DNA of 63,449 nt, counting the filler, from Octopus bimaculoides (lineage: Eukaryota): NCBI RefSeq assembly GCF_001194135.2. It is 7 parts of 6 records of this genome, joined end to end, with 100 filler letters (N's around TTAATTAATTAA, not from the genome) between each part and the next. Parts side by side here need not be neighbours in the genome. Positions count along the whole stretch, not along the records: positions 1 to 25,528 come from NC_068982.1; 6 more parts are not named here. One strand, written 5' to 3'. Below the pieces are notes generated by a model. The model was given only the letters and a program-made list of their open reading frames with translations, made no database searches and was not told the DNA's origin. The stretch's first letter is position 1. Each line of letters begins with the position of its first letter. The translations under genes and the position numbers were made by a program. Below, one piece after another: positions 1 to 13,975 of the stretch.

Positions 1-332
1 GAGCCCTGCTTCTCACATGGACAACTGTATGTTGGCTGCTCAAGAGTGGGCAGCAAAAAAACCTATTTGTATATGCTCCACAAGGGAAAACAAGGAACAT
101 TGTTTACAACGAGGTGTTATAATCACAACAGCAAGAAAGTATGTACATGATCACCTTCTTTTATGAAACTTCATTGACTTTCATATATTTATATTGATAT
201 ACATATATATACGTGTGTTTGGGTGCGTGTGTGTATATACATCTCTATATATAAAGATGATGCGTAGTCTAGACGGCGTTTTTAGATTTCATTATTCTCT
301 TTAACCCAGGCAACGCCGGGTATTTCTGCTAG
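1..332 (+). mobile_element. Helitron 3' end: PIF1-type helicase C-terminus (frameshifted), 3' hairpin and CTAG terminus
   Basis: 1-122 reads EPCFSHGQLYVGCSRVGSKK-(one A missing in A-run)-NLFVYAPQGKTRNIVYNEVL*, the typical Helitron RepHel C-terminus. Hairpin CCCAGGC-AAC-GCCGGG at 305-320 is followed by CTAG (329-332) and then T. Confidence 0.9.
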
Positions 333-372
333 TAAATTGATAAAAATATTCATGTGATTGATCGCTTGTAAG

Positions 373-538
<166 letters not shown>

Positions 539-1080
539 CTCCTTTAAATGGGATATAATACGGAAAGCGCAGTCTTATAGAGATAATCGATATGGCTGTG
601 AGTTGTGCTGTATGGAAACTTATGAGATTTTTTAAGTATAAAGACAAGAACAACCTGATTGATAATTGATTAGACCTAAGAGTATCATGCATGCATACGT
701 CACCCGAGCATTTAAGTATTTTCGAAACTAACAATTATAGTTACCATACTTGAACTTTGATGGTGGAAATTTATTTTGATGTCGTATCCGTTATAAACTT
801 ACCCTCTAGTATTAAATATATAAAAAATCGTAGAATATTACGTTACATGGTGAATTATATTGCATTACATATCTCATATGCTATGTGTTGTGGTATGTGG
901 TGTGCTATGTGTAATATTGTCCCATGATAACCCCTGCCTAGTTAGTTTGATTTCATCCTATTTTCCTTTCTATGATATTCCACCCTACTGATCATATTAT
1001 GCATACTTGCAGTGACTTTATGTAAGTCTCCTTTTGACTAAATCATATATCCCCTAGACACTATATAATCATAATACAAT

Positions 1081-1990
1081 AACACCTGTAATAATACAAC
1101 TTATGAAATCAATCCAGTGTCAATACCTTTAACTACCCTCACTACATCCATACCTATTACCCCCTCTTTTCGGGTTACTTTTATCACTTCCCTGCCTCTA
1201 ATTTTAATGCCATGTCTCTTTATATGTAGGTTATATGTATTTCTTATTATTTTCTATAAATTCTTATTATTTTGTTTTCTTATTTTGATATCCTTACTTA
1301 TTAACCTCTTATCTCTTATAATTTTTTATTTTTCTTGTTCTTAAATTGGTATTTTTCAGTTACTTAAGTCTATGCGAGATGAATGGATATTAAACTTATT
1401 CTATGTAATCTTCATTTTTAATGTTTATAATTGATATATATATACACCTTTTACTTCTTTTGGTTATGATATCATTTTTTGAGTTCTTAAAGTCTATTTT
1501 TATACAAAATAACAATATTCTTTATAAACATTCCCCCATAGTGTCCCTAATAAAGTTTCTTCTGTATAAAGATCTTAGATTTCTTAGTGTCTTGCCCCAT
1601 TAACTGGTATTTAACATCACGATTTAAAGCCTACTCCTACCCTACCTCTTTTATAGACAGTTACTTATATCCAACTGACTATTCCTAATGTCTTATTTCT
1701 TCCCTGGGGAAAAGGGATACATATGATATTTATGACCATACTTAGCCATGTCAATTCACTCTTGTCCTTTATTTCAAATAGACATAGTCTTCTAGTCTCA
1801 GATTTAGTAGTTGATAAAGAGATAAACGAATTAGAAATGAATTACAAGCCTTACAACCCTATGACCCAACTATGCTCTATGCGATTCTTCGAAGTTGTAG
1901 TCTATTCCTAGCTACACCAGCGACAGCATAAATTTCCTCCATCTTCTTACTCTGTTATAATATATAAGAAAAATTGTATTAATATGTCCT
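1081..1990 (-). mobile_element. Possible highly decayed LINE endonuclease region
   Basis: Purine-rich minus strand with stop-riddled pieces (KRGRVGVG, TLLGTLWGNVYK) that only loosely recall EEP-endonuclease motifs. Confidence 0.25.
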
Positions 1991-2137
1991 ACTTCTTAAG
2001 ATACCATTTATTTATTTGTGCAACTGGATATAGCATTGCTTTTAAATTGATTTAAGGATTGCATTGTTCAATTAAATGGAACTGCTCGAAACGGTCGTAC
2101 TGCATTACTACTTGATATCCTGTTGCTTATTTTCATT

Positions 2138-2224
<87 letters not shown>

Positions 2225-3919
2225 TCGCGCGTAGCAAATGAAAGACGGAAGATGGAACATACGAGAATATATTATTAGTCACGACAATTGTCTCGACACA
2301 TCTAGCATCAATTCCTCATGGATGGGATACCCAACAACTGGTTCCGGAGCATCCGGTCGTGCAGATGTATCTCGTCGGGTGATAAATAAATACAACTCGT
2401 TAAAATGACTGTTCCGCAATGTTACTTTCTGTTTTGTAGAAAGAAAAGCAACCGGACTGAGGAAATATCTTCATTTATATAGATCAAAACTAAAATCACA
2501 GATAACCAAAAGGAAAATGAACACGCGATCCAGCGGGAGAAGTATTTAAAATAAACGCTAACAGATATAGATGTATAAACTCCCTCGGGCAAGCTACATG
2601 GTGCGAGTACACTTGCTCATACAAGCATCCGCAAAAATGTGAGAATACACACACATGAGGTTTGGTGCACTCATGATCACAAAGCGAGTTAGCTATCTAT
2701 TTGGTGTTTATAAGAAGGGGGTGATTAAAAGTAATCTTAAGTCATTCATGCTTTAAAGTAAATTAAATTAACGGTTACTCAAAATTCATTCTCACTGCAT
2801 TGTGTGAAAGTACATTTATATGCGTGTAGGCATTTAGTGAGTCGTTCAGAAATTCTATTTATGATCTCATTGGTTCACAAAATAGATAAGCATTCCTAGT
2901 AGCAAAGACAGTATCTCCTGGAAATTATATTGTATGGTTTCGCGTACCCTACTATGGCCCAATTAATGCTGTACTTCATTTTATCCACCATTAGTCGCTA
3001 TACAAAGGCAGCCAATGTTGAATTCTCTTATTGTCATAAAGCTGGCAACATGGTTATGATATCGATTCTTGGATGAATCAGCCGTCTGCTCAATGTAAAC
3101 ATACGGCCCTCCCCTGGAAGAATACCCAATTATTAATACGTTAGTGTTTTTTCATTGCAAGGCAATTACATTACCGAGAGTAATAAATGGGTGAGGGTAA
3201 AATGTTATTTTACCCTTAATTTATATAGCAATAAGAAAATGGAGGGCATCAAGAAATGGTATTCATCAACTTATAGACATTATGTTATATCTATTTATTT
3301 ATTTTTTTTAAAAAGACAATTATAGCAATATACATACATGTATAACATATGCTTAACATATATAATTTATAAAATATAAAATATAAAAATACCAGTAATT
3401 ATTAAAATATATAACGTAGAACATAGAAAATAGGATAAAATCTTCCAGTTATTTCAGCCAAAAAACCATAATACCCCATTCTACTTTTGTCTCTCCAGTG
3501 AACTGAAGTATTTGGTAGATAAGATTAAGGTAATTCGGTGTGTCTCTGGGCTTCGTCAGAGAGTTTAGAAAGTTCATAAGGTTAAGTTATAAATACAAAT
3601 ACATACATATATACATACTTTTACTTATACATACATATACATGAATATACATAAATACATATGTATATATTAAAATGGTTTGTATCTGCGAAGCAAAGAG
3701 TTTATATTTGATCTTATTGTGATAAAAATATAATCAGAGTGGCAGCCTTCAACTTATTCTCTAAGGAACACTTTGCAACAGTTTAGTTCTTCAAAAACTA
3801 GTTGTATTCAATGAGCTATATTTGTCATCTGACCAAAGTATAGTGTATTCAATAATTATTGATAATGTTCAACTCCAGAGGGAACAATGACCTATGTGTG
3901 CAAGTGTGTGTGTGGGGGG

Positions 3920-4215
3920 AGGTGCGTTGTTTAGCGGCCAGGAGTATTCGGCTAACGGAGTTCGATTCCCGGTGGATTGTTGTGTCCTTGAGCAAGACAA
4001 TTTATTTCACATTGCTCCAGACCACTTAGCCGACAAAAATGAGTTGTACCTGTATTTCAAAGGTTCAAACTTGTTACATTCTGTATCACATTGAATCTCC
4101 CTTAAAATTACCTTAGGGGTATGCGTATCTGTGGAGCCAGCTATACTAGCATGTTAATTACACGGACAGGTTGTTCCATTGATCGGATCAACTGGAACAC
4201 TCGATGTCATAAATG
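3920..4215 (+). mobile_element. tRNA-derived SINE, family D, diverged
   Basis: B-box-like GAGTTCGATTCCC, then TTGTGTCCTTGAGCAAGAC and 3' GTTCCATTGATCGGATCAACTGGAAC shared with the copy at 31330-31699. Confidence 0.75.
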
Positions 4216-4714
4216 ACATCTGTGTATGTTTCTGTTTGTGTACGTGCGTAAGCGAATGTGTGTACATACGTGCGCGTGTGTGTACTTGCGTGTGCATGTG
4301 TGTACGTGTGTGTGCGTGTGTGTAGGGTTCTGTATTCATATGTTGGCATGCACATACAAATGATTGTTCCATATTGTAAATTGATATAGATTGAGAACGG
4401 AAAAGAGAAGAAGCACTTATTAAATATTTATGCTTTAAAAATACAATTCTTAAAAAGAAATATTTAAATCGGAAAATGCGACGGAAACAATATTAAGCCC
4501 AACCGTTATGAATGACACAAAAACGCACATCTGAACGAAAACATTATTGCCATGAATCACTAAAGAAAAATCGAAGTCTTTTGGCTGCTAGAAGTTCATC
4601 TCAAGTCTTTCGTTTTTTTTATATTTAATTGTTTATTCTGGCGGTCGGCCACTCACTTCAGGAGGTTGGAAGTAAGAGGACAGTAAGTGACATAGTACGA
4701 ACGTTTGCCGCGTG

Positions 4715-4999
4715 TTATGTGTGGATCATTTTGACTGCGGCCATGCTGGAGGACCACCTTTAGTCGAACAAATTAATCCTAGAACTTATTCTTTGCAAGC
4801 CGAGTACTTATTCTATCGATTCTTTTGCCGAATCGCTAAGTTACTGGGACGTTAACACACCAGCATCGGTTGTCAAGCGATGGTGAGGTGACAAAGACAT
4901 ACACACAAATACACACACACACACACACACACACANNNNNNNNNNNNNNNNNNNNNNNNNNNNNNTATATATATATATATATATGACGAGCTTCTTTCA
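4715..4999 (-). mobile_element. SINE family B/C: 3' half, internal microsatellite and start of 5' half
   Basis: Matches 28902-29150 (TTTGACTGCGGCCATGCTGGAG...GGTTGTCAAGCGATG, then (AC)n/(TA)n, then GACGAGCTTCTTTCAGT). Confidence 0.85.
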
Positions 5000-5313
5000 G
5001 TCGAGATAATTTTTAAAATACACGTTTATTATACAATTCCGGTAATGATGCAAAATGGTATACAGTAACCTCCGGCCACGGCCGGACCGAAGTGTTCGTG
5101 ACTGGATTATAGCTTATGCGCATGCGCGAACATTAACTTGTCATTTAAATTTCTGCTTGGCAAATATTTCATGTTCGAATATCTCCAGAACTTCTATTAC
5201 AGCTTATGTTTCATTCTTTCTTTTTTCAGTTAATATTTTTCATTTATTCACCATTGTTTTTCTAATATTAAATGTCCATTTTGTTAATAACTACTTTGCA
5301 ATATTTGATGTAA

Positions 5314-6550
5314 CGAGGACCGGCTGAAAAGTTCATAGACTAACCTAAATACTCTCATGGGATGTAAACAAAGTGCTTTTACTGTCTACACTCTTCATCC
5401 ATCGGCGTTGCAGTGCTTGGATCTCAATAGTGAAAAAGCTTTCATTATGTTGATAAAAAAAATCATCAACAGCAGACATAACGTCCTCATCAGTGTGGTA
5501 CTGCTTCCCAGCCAAGTGAATTTTTTTATGTTGGCGAACAGATGATAGTCAGATGGGCCCACATCAGGATATTAGGACTGATGGTCAACCGGTTCAAAGC
5601 CACAGTCACGCACAGCAGCCATTGAAACCAAAGACTTGTGTGCTGGAGCATTGTCCTGATGAAACGAGACTCCTATCGTTAGTTTTTTGGAGTATGTTTT
5701 ATGATATCCTTTCGTAACTAGCCCTCTAATTTGTATAGTATTCTCCATTGATGGTGTGGCTATTTTGAAGATATTCAGAAATCGCAATGCCTTTTGTATC
5801 CCAAAAGACCGAGGCCATCACCTTCCCTGCAGATGAAAAGATCTTGGCCTTATTTGGAGCAAGTGATGAGGGGTCTTTTCACTGCATTGATTGTCTCCTC
5901 GCATCTGGTTCAGAGTGATGAACACTACCCTCATCCTGAAGTAGGAAACATTCAAGGAAATCGGCTGGATCTGCTCCAAACAATGTCAGATTTTCCCGTG
6001 ATTTGATCAGCTTGGTGAGCTTTTGATTAGGTGTTACAAGACGTGTCAGAAACCTTCGTCATGCAGAATATTCATCGTGCATAGCATTCTCAAATCTCTC
6101 ATGGCATATGATAATGGCATGAGCTATTTGATTTATAATCAATCGCCTGTTATCCATCACCATGCAGTGAAAACGATCGATTTTTTTTCTTGGTAGTGGC
6201 AAATGCAGGACGTCCAGACAATGGGTCATCCTCAAGACTCTCCTTTCCTCTCCTAAATTCAGCTGCCTACTTTTGCATTGTTGATAAAGCAGGAACGGCA
6301 TATCCTTACGTAGGAACCATCTCAGCATTAATGTCCTTGGAGTATAAACCCTTATTATGCAGGTAGTTGATAACACCACGATTATAGATTTTCTTCATTT
6401 TCAAGAGAAAAGACTTACTTTTGAAGCCTTATTTCAACAAATAGATGTCAATTTACGTAGAACGAAATAATACAGATATTAATAAGAGTAGTTGAAATTG
6501 ATGCATGCAGGATTTTATAGTGAACTTATGAACTTTTCAGCCTACCCTCG
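5314..6550 (-). mobile_element. Near full-length decayed mariner transposon
   Basis: TIRs CGAGGACCGGCTGAAAAGTTCATA (from 5314) and its near complement ending at 6550, followed by TA. Transposase remnants: DRFHCMVMDNRRLIINQIA, FHQDNAPAHKS, GPSDYHLFANIKK (mariner YSPDLAPSDYHLF motif). Several frameshifts and stops. Confidence 0.92.
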
Positions 6551-7442
6551 TATTCAGCACATTTGAGTAGAGTTCTCTTTAGCTCAGTGTTCCATGCTCA
6601 TATGCACGTATTGGAATAACGCGCAATTCTTACCATTTGCTATTACATAACACATTCATTGGCCTAATACAATGAATGTGTTATGTAACTACCATTTATA
6701 TATTCACATGACCATGAAATAGGTATGGTGTGGCTAAATCAAAAAGAGCAAGTTCCACATCATAAAAGATGAGGGGCGGTGTTGTACATCTTATGCAGTT
6801 GGACCTATATAATTTATTTAATAGCTAATTCATTTTAGGTTGCAAGATAAGATTGACTTCGGGTGATAATAAAACGTACACATCATACAATAATCTAGTC
6901 AAACCTTATGGATTATATATTCTTCGACAAACTAGTTTCGTTTTTTGTAGCTAGGCCTCTTATTCAATCGTTCACCTGCCCTTTAACGGATTTTGTTTTT
7001 CGTCTGACAGGATGTCCAATAAATCATCCTCTTCACCAATTAAGCTTGATGGGGTTTCCGGTTTTGTTGCCAATGACCCTACCATGTGATGACCACTGGC
7101 ATTATCCAGTGCTAGTGGTCTCTACATGCATGATTGTTGTTTTAATGTATGTTTGAAAACATCTGAGCTTAAAGAATATTAAAGATTAAAGATAAACTGT
7201 TTCCTACATCTCTCTTTTGTGGCACAATAGAGGTAGTGAGTCAAGTTTGCTGAACGGTCACATCTTCAAATTTAAGTGGTAACAGTTGGAAGTGGTTAAC
7301 TGCAGGTGTGGATCAATTTTTGCTACTACTGAAGTCGGTTAGTGATGTAACGGAATTGTTGGTGCAACAGATTTGCATTTCACATTATTTATGTTAACTA
7401 TTTCTTAATATATGTGGTTCGACGGTGTTACAAAAGTCTTAA

Positions 7443-7660
7443 GGCGGCGAGCTGGCAGAAACGTTAGCACGCCGGGCGAAATGCTTAACGGTATTTCGTC
7501 TGTCTTTAAGTTCTGAGTTCAAATTCCACCGTGGTCGACTTTGCCTTTCATCATTTCGGGGTCGATAAATTAAGTACCAGCTGTGTACCGGGGTCGATCT
7601 AATCGACTAGCCCCATTCATAAAAAAATTCGGACCTTGGGCCTAGAGAAGAAAAGGACAT
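7443..7660 (+). mobile_element. tRNA-derived SINE, family A
   Basis: GGCGGCGAGCTGGCAGAAACGTTAGCACGCCGGGCGAAATGC...GTTCTGAGTTCAAATTCC...GGTCGACTTTGCCTTTCATC; recurs many times in the window. Confidence 0.9.
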
Positions 7661-10600
7661 TACAACAATCTAGGTAGAAAGTGTTTTTGAAAGAAGTATG
7701 GCTGTCTCGCAGTATTCCTTTATTTCTGTTTCTCTCTATGACTTTGTTTCTTCCTGCATTTTTTCATTTCCTATTGTTCATTGAAGAATCGATAGAACAT
7801 GGGACAAAATATCCATGTAAGATCTGGTTTTGTCTCTCTACCGTGTGTGTTCAAATTTTTCCCAGATAAACTTTGCGTTTATCCGTGATCGATTTAAAGG
7901 CATTGTATGAGCTTGGTATTTAATCTTACGATTAAAATAGGCAAACAAAAGAAAAAATGTTAATACTTTAACCTGCCTTCACTATTTTTACTTATTTCGA
8001 AAATTTTATTATTTTTATTTATCCTCTCGTATCAGCTCCGATTTTGTATTTATTATTCCTCTTTGTCCCTTTCTTTCTTTCTTTCTTTCTTTCTTTCTCT
8101 CGCTCTCTTTCTTTCTCTCCTTCTCCCTGTCTTTCTCTCACTCACCCACTCACTAGTTCACACGCTTTTATATTTTTCACCCACTACTATATAATTCTTC
8201 TATTGATTTTTTATCTTTCAATCTTTCATAACGTCTTATATTCGTCTTTTCTGACAGTTCAATAACATACCTAACATTTTCTATTTATTGAATCTAACCT
8301 TCTCGAAACATATCATTAAATCCTAACAATTATGTTAAAAACAAAATCTAGCTGATTGAGAAAAAAAGTTTCCAGTGAAAGGTTTTTACAAATGTGCAAT
8401 GATATTACTTGTTACTCCCTTCATTTTTTCCTATCTAGCACGCAAATTCTATCAATACTTTCTTAAAGAAGAAAATATTTTTCGGTCAGAAAATTTCATT
8501 TTCTCTTTGCTGTCATCAGACTTTGGCTATTGTGTCCCTTTCTCGACAGCTGCTTGGATATAATTTTACACCGTCTAAGGGCCTCATACTGATATTGTGA
8601 ATGACAAACTTGAAACTTTAGTAAATGAAGTTTCCATACAATATTACAAATTACATTAAGGTTGGTAGCTTAGACTAACAATAAATAGGCCCTGTGGTTA
8701 GACAAAAATAATCAAGATAAAAAAATGAATTCAATTCAGAAAAAAGCAAAAAACACTATTTGGTTTGTTTAACTAGTTACACCAAAGGCTTTGTGAAATA
8801 GCCATGATAATTATAGCACATGCAAAATTAATAATTCATTAGGATTATGGATCTTATATTGAAACACGTAGATAATCCTTTCTAATGGGTTATTTACATA
8901 AATTCTAAATGTTTTCAGTTCAACACAATCTAAGAACATTGAAAAGCTTTCCTAGTAATTTTGCTTTATACATTTATACGTTTATACATTTTAGTCAAAG
9001 GAAGATAGGCAGGGTCCGTAAGATAGGAATCCCTTCCATACAAAATCGCTGCAAAGATCAGTTAAAATATCAGTTGGTCATGGTGTGCAGGAAAACCACA
9101 GGAGGGGAGTGAATTGCAGTTCAGGTTTAGAGATAATATTTTTGGCGATATATGAGAGGTGAGACACAAAGTGTTACAAGAGGATAATGCCTTTTAATCC
9201 GCTTAACGCCTTGGAAACTGAATGATAAGAAGATCAGAAATCGCTAACCTTTATGAATGTTCTTCGTGAAGAGGAGATTTATCTGATACTCATACTCTTA
9301 CCATTATCAAACAAGAAAAACAACACAAAGTTCCAGCTGAAACTTAAATCCAATAAATGTCTTCATATCACATAAAACATACATTAGCACCTTATAACTT
9401 ATCAACTGATGGTTTTATAAAGATTTCCTTATAGTTTGTCATGTTTTGTATAACTAATTGTGGTTTGCTTTATTTTACTTACCCTTTCAATTATTTTGCT
9501 GTTGTTTTCTAGTGCTTAAACTGCTGACATTATGAGAGTGTCTAAGGGAATAATAAGAATTTCGGCCTGACTTTCGAAGAAAACTCTGGAGTCGTATTGG
9601 GTCTATGCACAGATATGAACTCAGAACTGTGCTTATGAGTTAAATAAAGTAGTGCAGAAACAATAAAGTATCAATCGAAATGTTACGGTGTGCTGCGTTT
9701 CTTTATTTTCTGAGTTGAAGCTTAACCTTCCGAGGCCGATACATTATACATCACACAAGTACTGATTATCAATCGACTGTAAAATTCCACCACATCTCTT
9801 TTCACCTTTGTTAGAAACCTATAATTGTGCAATGCATTTATTACTTGTATTCACTATCTGTACCTCCACATGTTGCCTACTTGAAGTCAGCTTTGTTAAT
9901 CCAGTGTGTGGAGTCTTGAACATAATCACGTTTAAATATCAATGACAAATTCCTTTACTCGAACACTCTATCAGCTAGCTCTCTTGAATAATTCTTTGTT
10001 TATCAGAATCGATGATATATTATAAGCCATATTTTCTGATGCATGAAACAGTTCATCGAATATGACAAAGCATTTACTGATGCAGTAACGCAATTCGAAA
10101 ATGTGATATCGCGTTTATGAGATGAAATAAAAGGGTCTCTTTACAATAGTTTTTATCACCATGTCTCGCGGGAACACAGCATTACGTTTAGCCTCTGTGG
10201 ACCTTATCAAAAAAAGATATGGATATTCGTGCCATTAATACAAATATTAAACTATAGGAATTTAGTGTTCGACAGTAATTCATGAAATGAAATGTAATGG
10301 AATTTATCACGATCCGTTATATAGATTAAGCTTATGCTAATATGAATCTGAATTGTACTTCCTGTTGGGTTCTTCTTTTACACACACACCTGCTTATTAC
10401 CAGAAGTGAGCAAATGTATAATATGAAATATTAATCCGTCCGAATATAGAGTTAATGAGAACTGATGCTCGCTAGTCGATAATATACGTGATACCTGAAC
10501 GAAGTTTTGCAGCTTTTATATCTGGGTTGAGTTGAATACTGTTGTTATTCGTATCCAAATACTTGGATGCATTCATAGCTAAAATCTTTACTATAACTGA

Positions 10601-10904
10601 AAATAGACATGATCGTAGGATACAGATTAACGCTATAACTAGTAATAGTATTCGATAATCTACGTGTATTTCGTTTGTTTAAGTAAGACTTTTGTGACTG
10701 AATCTCTCTATTCCATGAACCTACATTGGTAAATGCACTACACTAAAATGTATTCCAAATCTCAAGAAATTCTAGCTAAATATAAATCAGAAGCTTCATA
10801 GAGAAATACTTAACCCGAAAGTGTTAGCATTAACGAGAAACAAATAAATGGATAAAACACAAATATTTTACATGTAACTTAAATTACCTTCTCGAGTCAT
10901 GCCA

Positions 10905-11118
10905 ACTCATGAGGGCCAGTTCTCGGTTTCCATGGCGTATAAATTCCCCAACTGGAGGGAACGCCAGTCCGTCGCAAGGTTACTCACTTTTGCCAGCTGA
11001 TAAACTGAAGCAATGTGAAGTGTTTTGCTCGAATACAACGCGTCACCCGGTACAGGAATCGAAACCACAATCTTACGATCATAAGTTCAACACCCTAACC
11101 TCGAAGCCACGCGCCTTC
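10905..11118 (-). mobile_element. tRNA-derived SINE, family D
   Basis: Minus strand GAAGGCGCGTGGCTTCGAGGTTAGGGTGTTG...GGTTTCGATTCC (A/B boxes); same head as 31330-31699 and 47190-47470. Confidence 0.85.
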
Positions 11119-12137
11119 ACTTACATGTTACTTACCTGGAAGAGACTATTTTGATATATTGTAAACTGCGGTAAGCATATCTAGAGATGTTCTGATCAGA
11201 AATGCAGTAATCATCTGATACCAATGTCATTTAAGATGTATGTCATTACTCCATCTAAATATAAATCTCTTAATGCATTAACAAAATAAATATATACTCA
11301 TGCTTATGATGTTGGGACTGCAAATTAGTTTGCAGTATAACTGCCACTTGAGTACTGGGGAATTCAATGCTCAACCTTTAAGGAGAAATATAAATTAGTA
11401 TAAGTGAAGAATAGTTGTTTGTTAATTTCCTTTTTCCTAAACTTTTTCTCAGTCGTCAACTACCACTGCTTGCATGTGAATCACGTATTCGTAATTAACC
11501 AGTAAAACAACAAGGTCTAGAAGACAATATTCAATTCAGAATGTTTAATCTTCAAATCATAGTCTCATCATTGCAGTCTCGATAGATTGAGGAATCGTGC
11601 AACGCCGGCTGGCAGCAATAGACTTCACACGAAATAAGATAATTATACACAACACTTTGTAGTTTTCATTCGTTTCTTTTCTTCTTTGTGTTCCAATATT
11701 ATTATCATCATCAGTAGCCTAACCCAGTCGTCAAAAATGCCAACAGTGGTATTAATGACAGAACATGGCGCATCAAAACAATGGGAGAAACTATTGATAA
11801 ATGCCAGCAATCGAGTAAATATACTTACACAGAACTGAAGTAATTTAACAATCAAATACTCGGAAGATCGGAAACAAAGGATAAGGCTTGCATGACAGTG
11901 ACACTCGCTCACTTCTCGATGAGATAGTAAAACAAAGAAACACTGATACACGCTCACACATATACACTACGAGTTGTTCGTTGGTGTGATATTCGGGAGA
12001 TCTCATGTGGTAGGTTTGTTTTTTATTTGAACTGATTTGTGAATATACAATTGTATTCTAGGCGGAGAGTGCATATTAATGTAGACTAAGAAAATTCGAA
12101 GACTTTCTATTTGCATATTATTACCTCTGACTAATTT

Positions 12138-13258
12138 GTATTATTATTATTATTTTATGTTTGACTTTTGTTTTGCATTTGTACAAGTTGGATCCAAGTC
12201 TCACCCAGAGACCTCAAGAGACAACAAGTTAGAAGTTCATGTAGGTGTTATGCCTAGGGTACCACATATTTGGATTTGTACAGTTTTGTTCAAGTGAATG
12301 TTTAAGAAACCATAAGAAAATTATGTGTTTGCTTTAAAATTTGAGATCACATAGACAGTATTTTACGTAGGATATGGGCAGTTCCCATGAGCACTATCTT
12401 TTGAACTTCAGCCATTTTGGGGTTTCCTGGTATCTGAGCTAGGTAGTAATCAGCCCGTTTCGCTGTCATTCCCAGGGCACCTATGACAATAGGTANNNNN
12501 NNNNNNNNNNNNNNNNNNNNNNNNNNNNNNNNNNNNNNNNNNNNNNNNNNNNNNNNNNNNNNNNNNNNNNNNNNNNNNNNNNNNNNNNNNNNNNNNNNNN
12601 NNNNNNNNNNNNNNNNNNNNNNNNNNNNNNNNNNNNNNNNNNNNNNNNNNNNNNNNNNNNNNNNNNNNNNNNNNNNNNNNNNNNNNNNNNNNNNNNNNNN
12701 NNNNNNNNNNNNNNNNNNNNNNNNNNNNNNNNNNNNNNNNNNNNNNNNNNNNNNNNNNNNNNNNNNNNNNNNNNNNNNNNNNNNNNNNNNNNNNNNNNNN
12801 NNNNNNNNNNNNNNNNNNNNNNNNNNNNNNNNNNNNNNNNNNNNNNNNNNNNNNNNNNNNNNNNNNNNNNNNNNNNNNNNNNNNNNNNNNNNNNNNNNNN
12901 NNNNNNNNNNNNNNNNNNNNNNNNNNNNNNNNNNNNNNNNNNNNNNNNNNNNNNNNNNNNNNNNNNNNNNNNNNNNNNNNNNNNNNNNNNNNNNNNNNNN
13001 NNNNNNNNNNNNNNNNNNNNNNNNNNNNNNNNNNNNNNNNNNNNNNNNNNNNNNNNNNNNNNNNNNNNNNNNNNNNNNNNNNNNNNNNNNNNNNNNNNNN
13101 NNNNNNNNNNNNNNNNNNNNNNNNNNNNNNNNNNNNNNNNNNNNNNNNNNNNNNNNNNNNNNNNNNNNNNNNNNAAGCAGCAATTTTTGCACGGGCTTTC
13201 AAGCGCTTAGCTTTTTCTGCAGGTGTTTCTAGTTCGTCTAATTCTTGAGTTTGTTGAG

Positions 13259-13260
<2 letters not shown>
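12138..13260 (-). mobile_element. R4/Dong-like RLE non-LTR retrotransposon, 3' part (interrupted by an N gap) with (TAA)n tail
   Basis: 12347-12495 encodes PIVIGALGMTAKRADYYLAQIPGNPKMAEVQKIVLMGTAHILRKILSM*, the RLE C-terminal signature of R4-type elements. The 3' UTR ends in (AAT)n. 13175-13260 encodes TQQTQELDELETPAEKAKRLKARAKIAA. The same 3' UTR occurs at 58140-58320. Confidence 0.8.
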
Positions 13261-13335
<75 letters not shown>

Positions 13336-13339
13336 CATC

Positions 13340-13920
13340 ATCACCATTGCCTTTGCACAGCTTCTAACGCTGGAGATGTACTACGGTGTCAGCTGTTCCC
13401 TACCAGTGAACTAAGCCCAGTATGCCCATCATGACTACCCGTTTGACAAGGGTACACCAGGCACATGCATCACAACCATATGTCCGCGACATAGTAGTCT
13501 CATATTAAGATAAACAGCGCATGACTTTGCAGGTAGGGCCCAGTTCGAATTTTCTTCAGGTCGAGTAGCCCATCCTGCTCAAAAAGTCCTTGAATAAAGG
13601 TTGTTTGAGGATGTCGAACGAAATACCCATGTTTCCAAAGGTAAATTATCCAAACCCCAAAGAATTCCTCTCAACACATTACTATGATGCTCCCACACTA
13701 CTTCTGCTCGTGATCAGAGATGTACATATCGTCAGCCACCAGGGACATGCTCAACTGGTCAAGATCAAGCAACTGACGAGCAAATCTGTGATATTGAGCA
13801 GAATATTTGCTGTAGCCCATCTTTTATACCAAGACAAAACAATATACATGATAGCACCTCCACTCAGTTAAGATAAGTAGCCATGAGAACCACTGTCTGG
13901 TACTGCATTAGGGTATTTAT
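13340..13920 (-). repeat. About 580-bp non-coding interspersed repeat flanked by (AAT)n, possibly the 5' UTR of the adjacent R4-like element
   Basis: Bounded by trinucleotide runs on both sides; no credible ORF; a short related piece lies near 38708-38745; TATAAAAG at 13821-13828 (minus). Confidence 0.5.
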
Positions 13921-13925
13921 TATTA

Positions 13926-13975
<50 letters not shown>

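Noticed and set aside
3194-3216. 10-bp AT-rich hairpin
   Set aside because: Short enough to arise by chance in AT-rich DNA.
10495-10596. 102-bp symmetric minus-strand exon candidate (IVKILAMNASKYLDTNNNSIQ...)
   Set aside because: No recognisable homology or partner exons; expected by chance in 60 kb.
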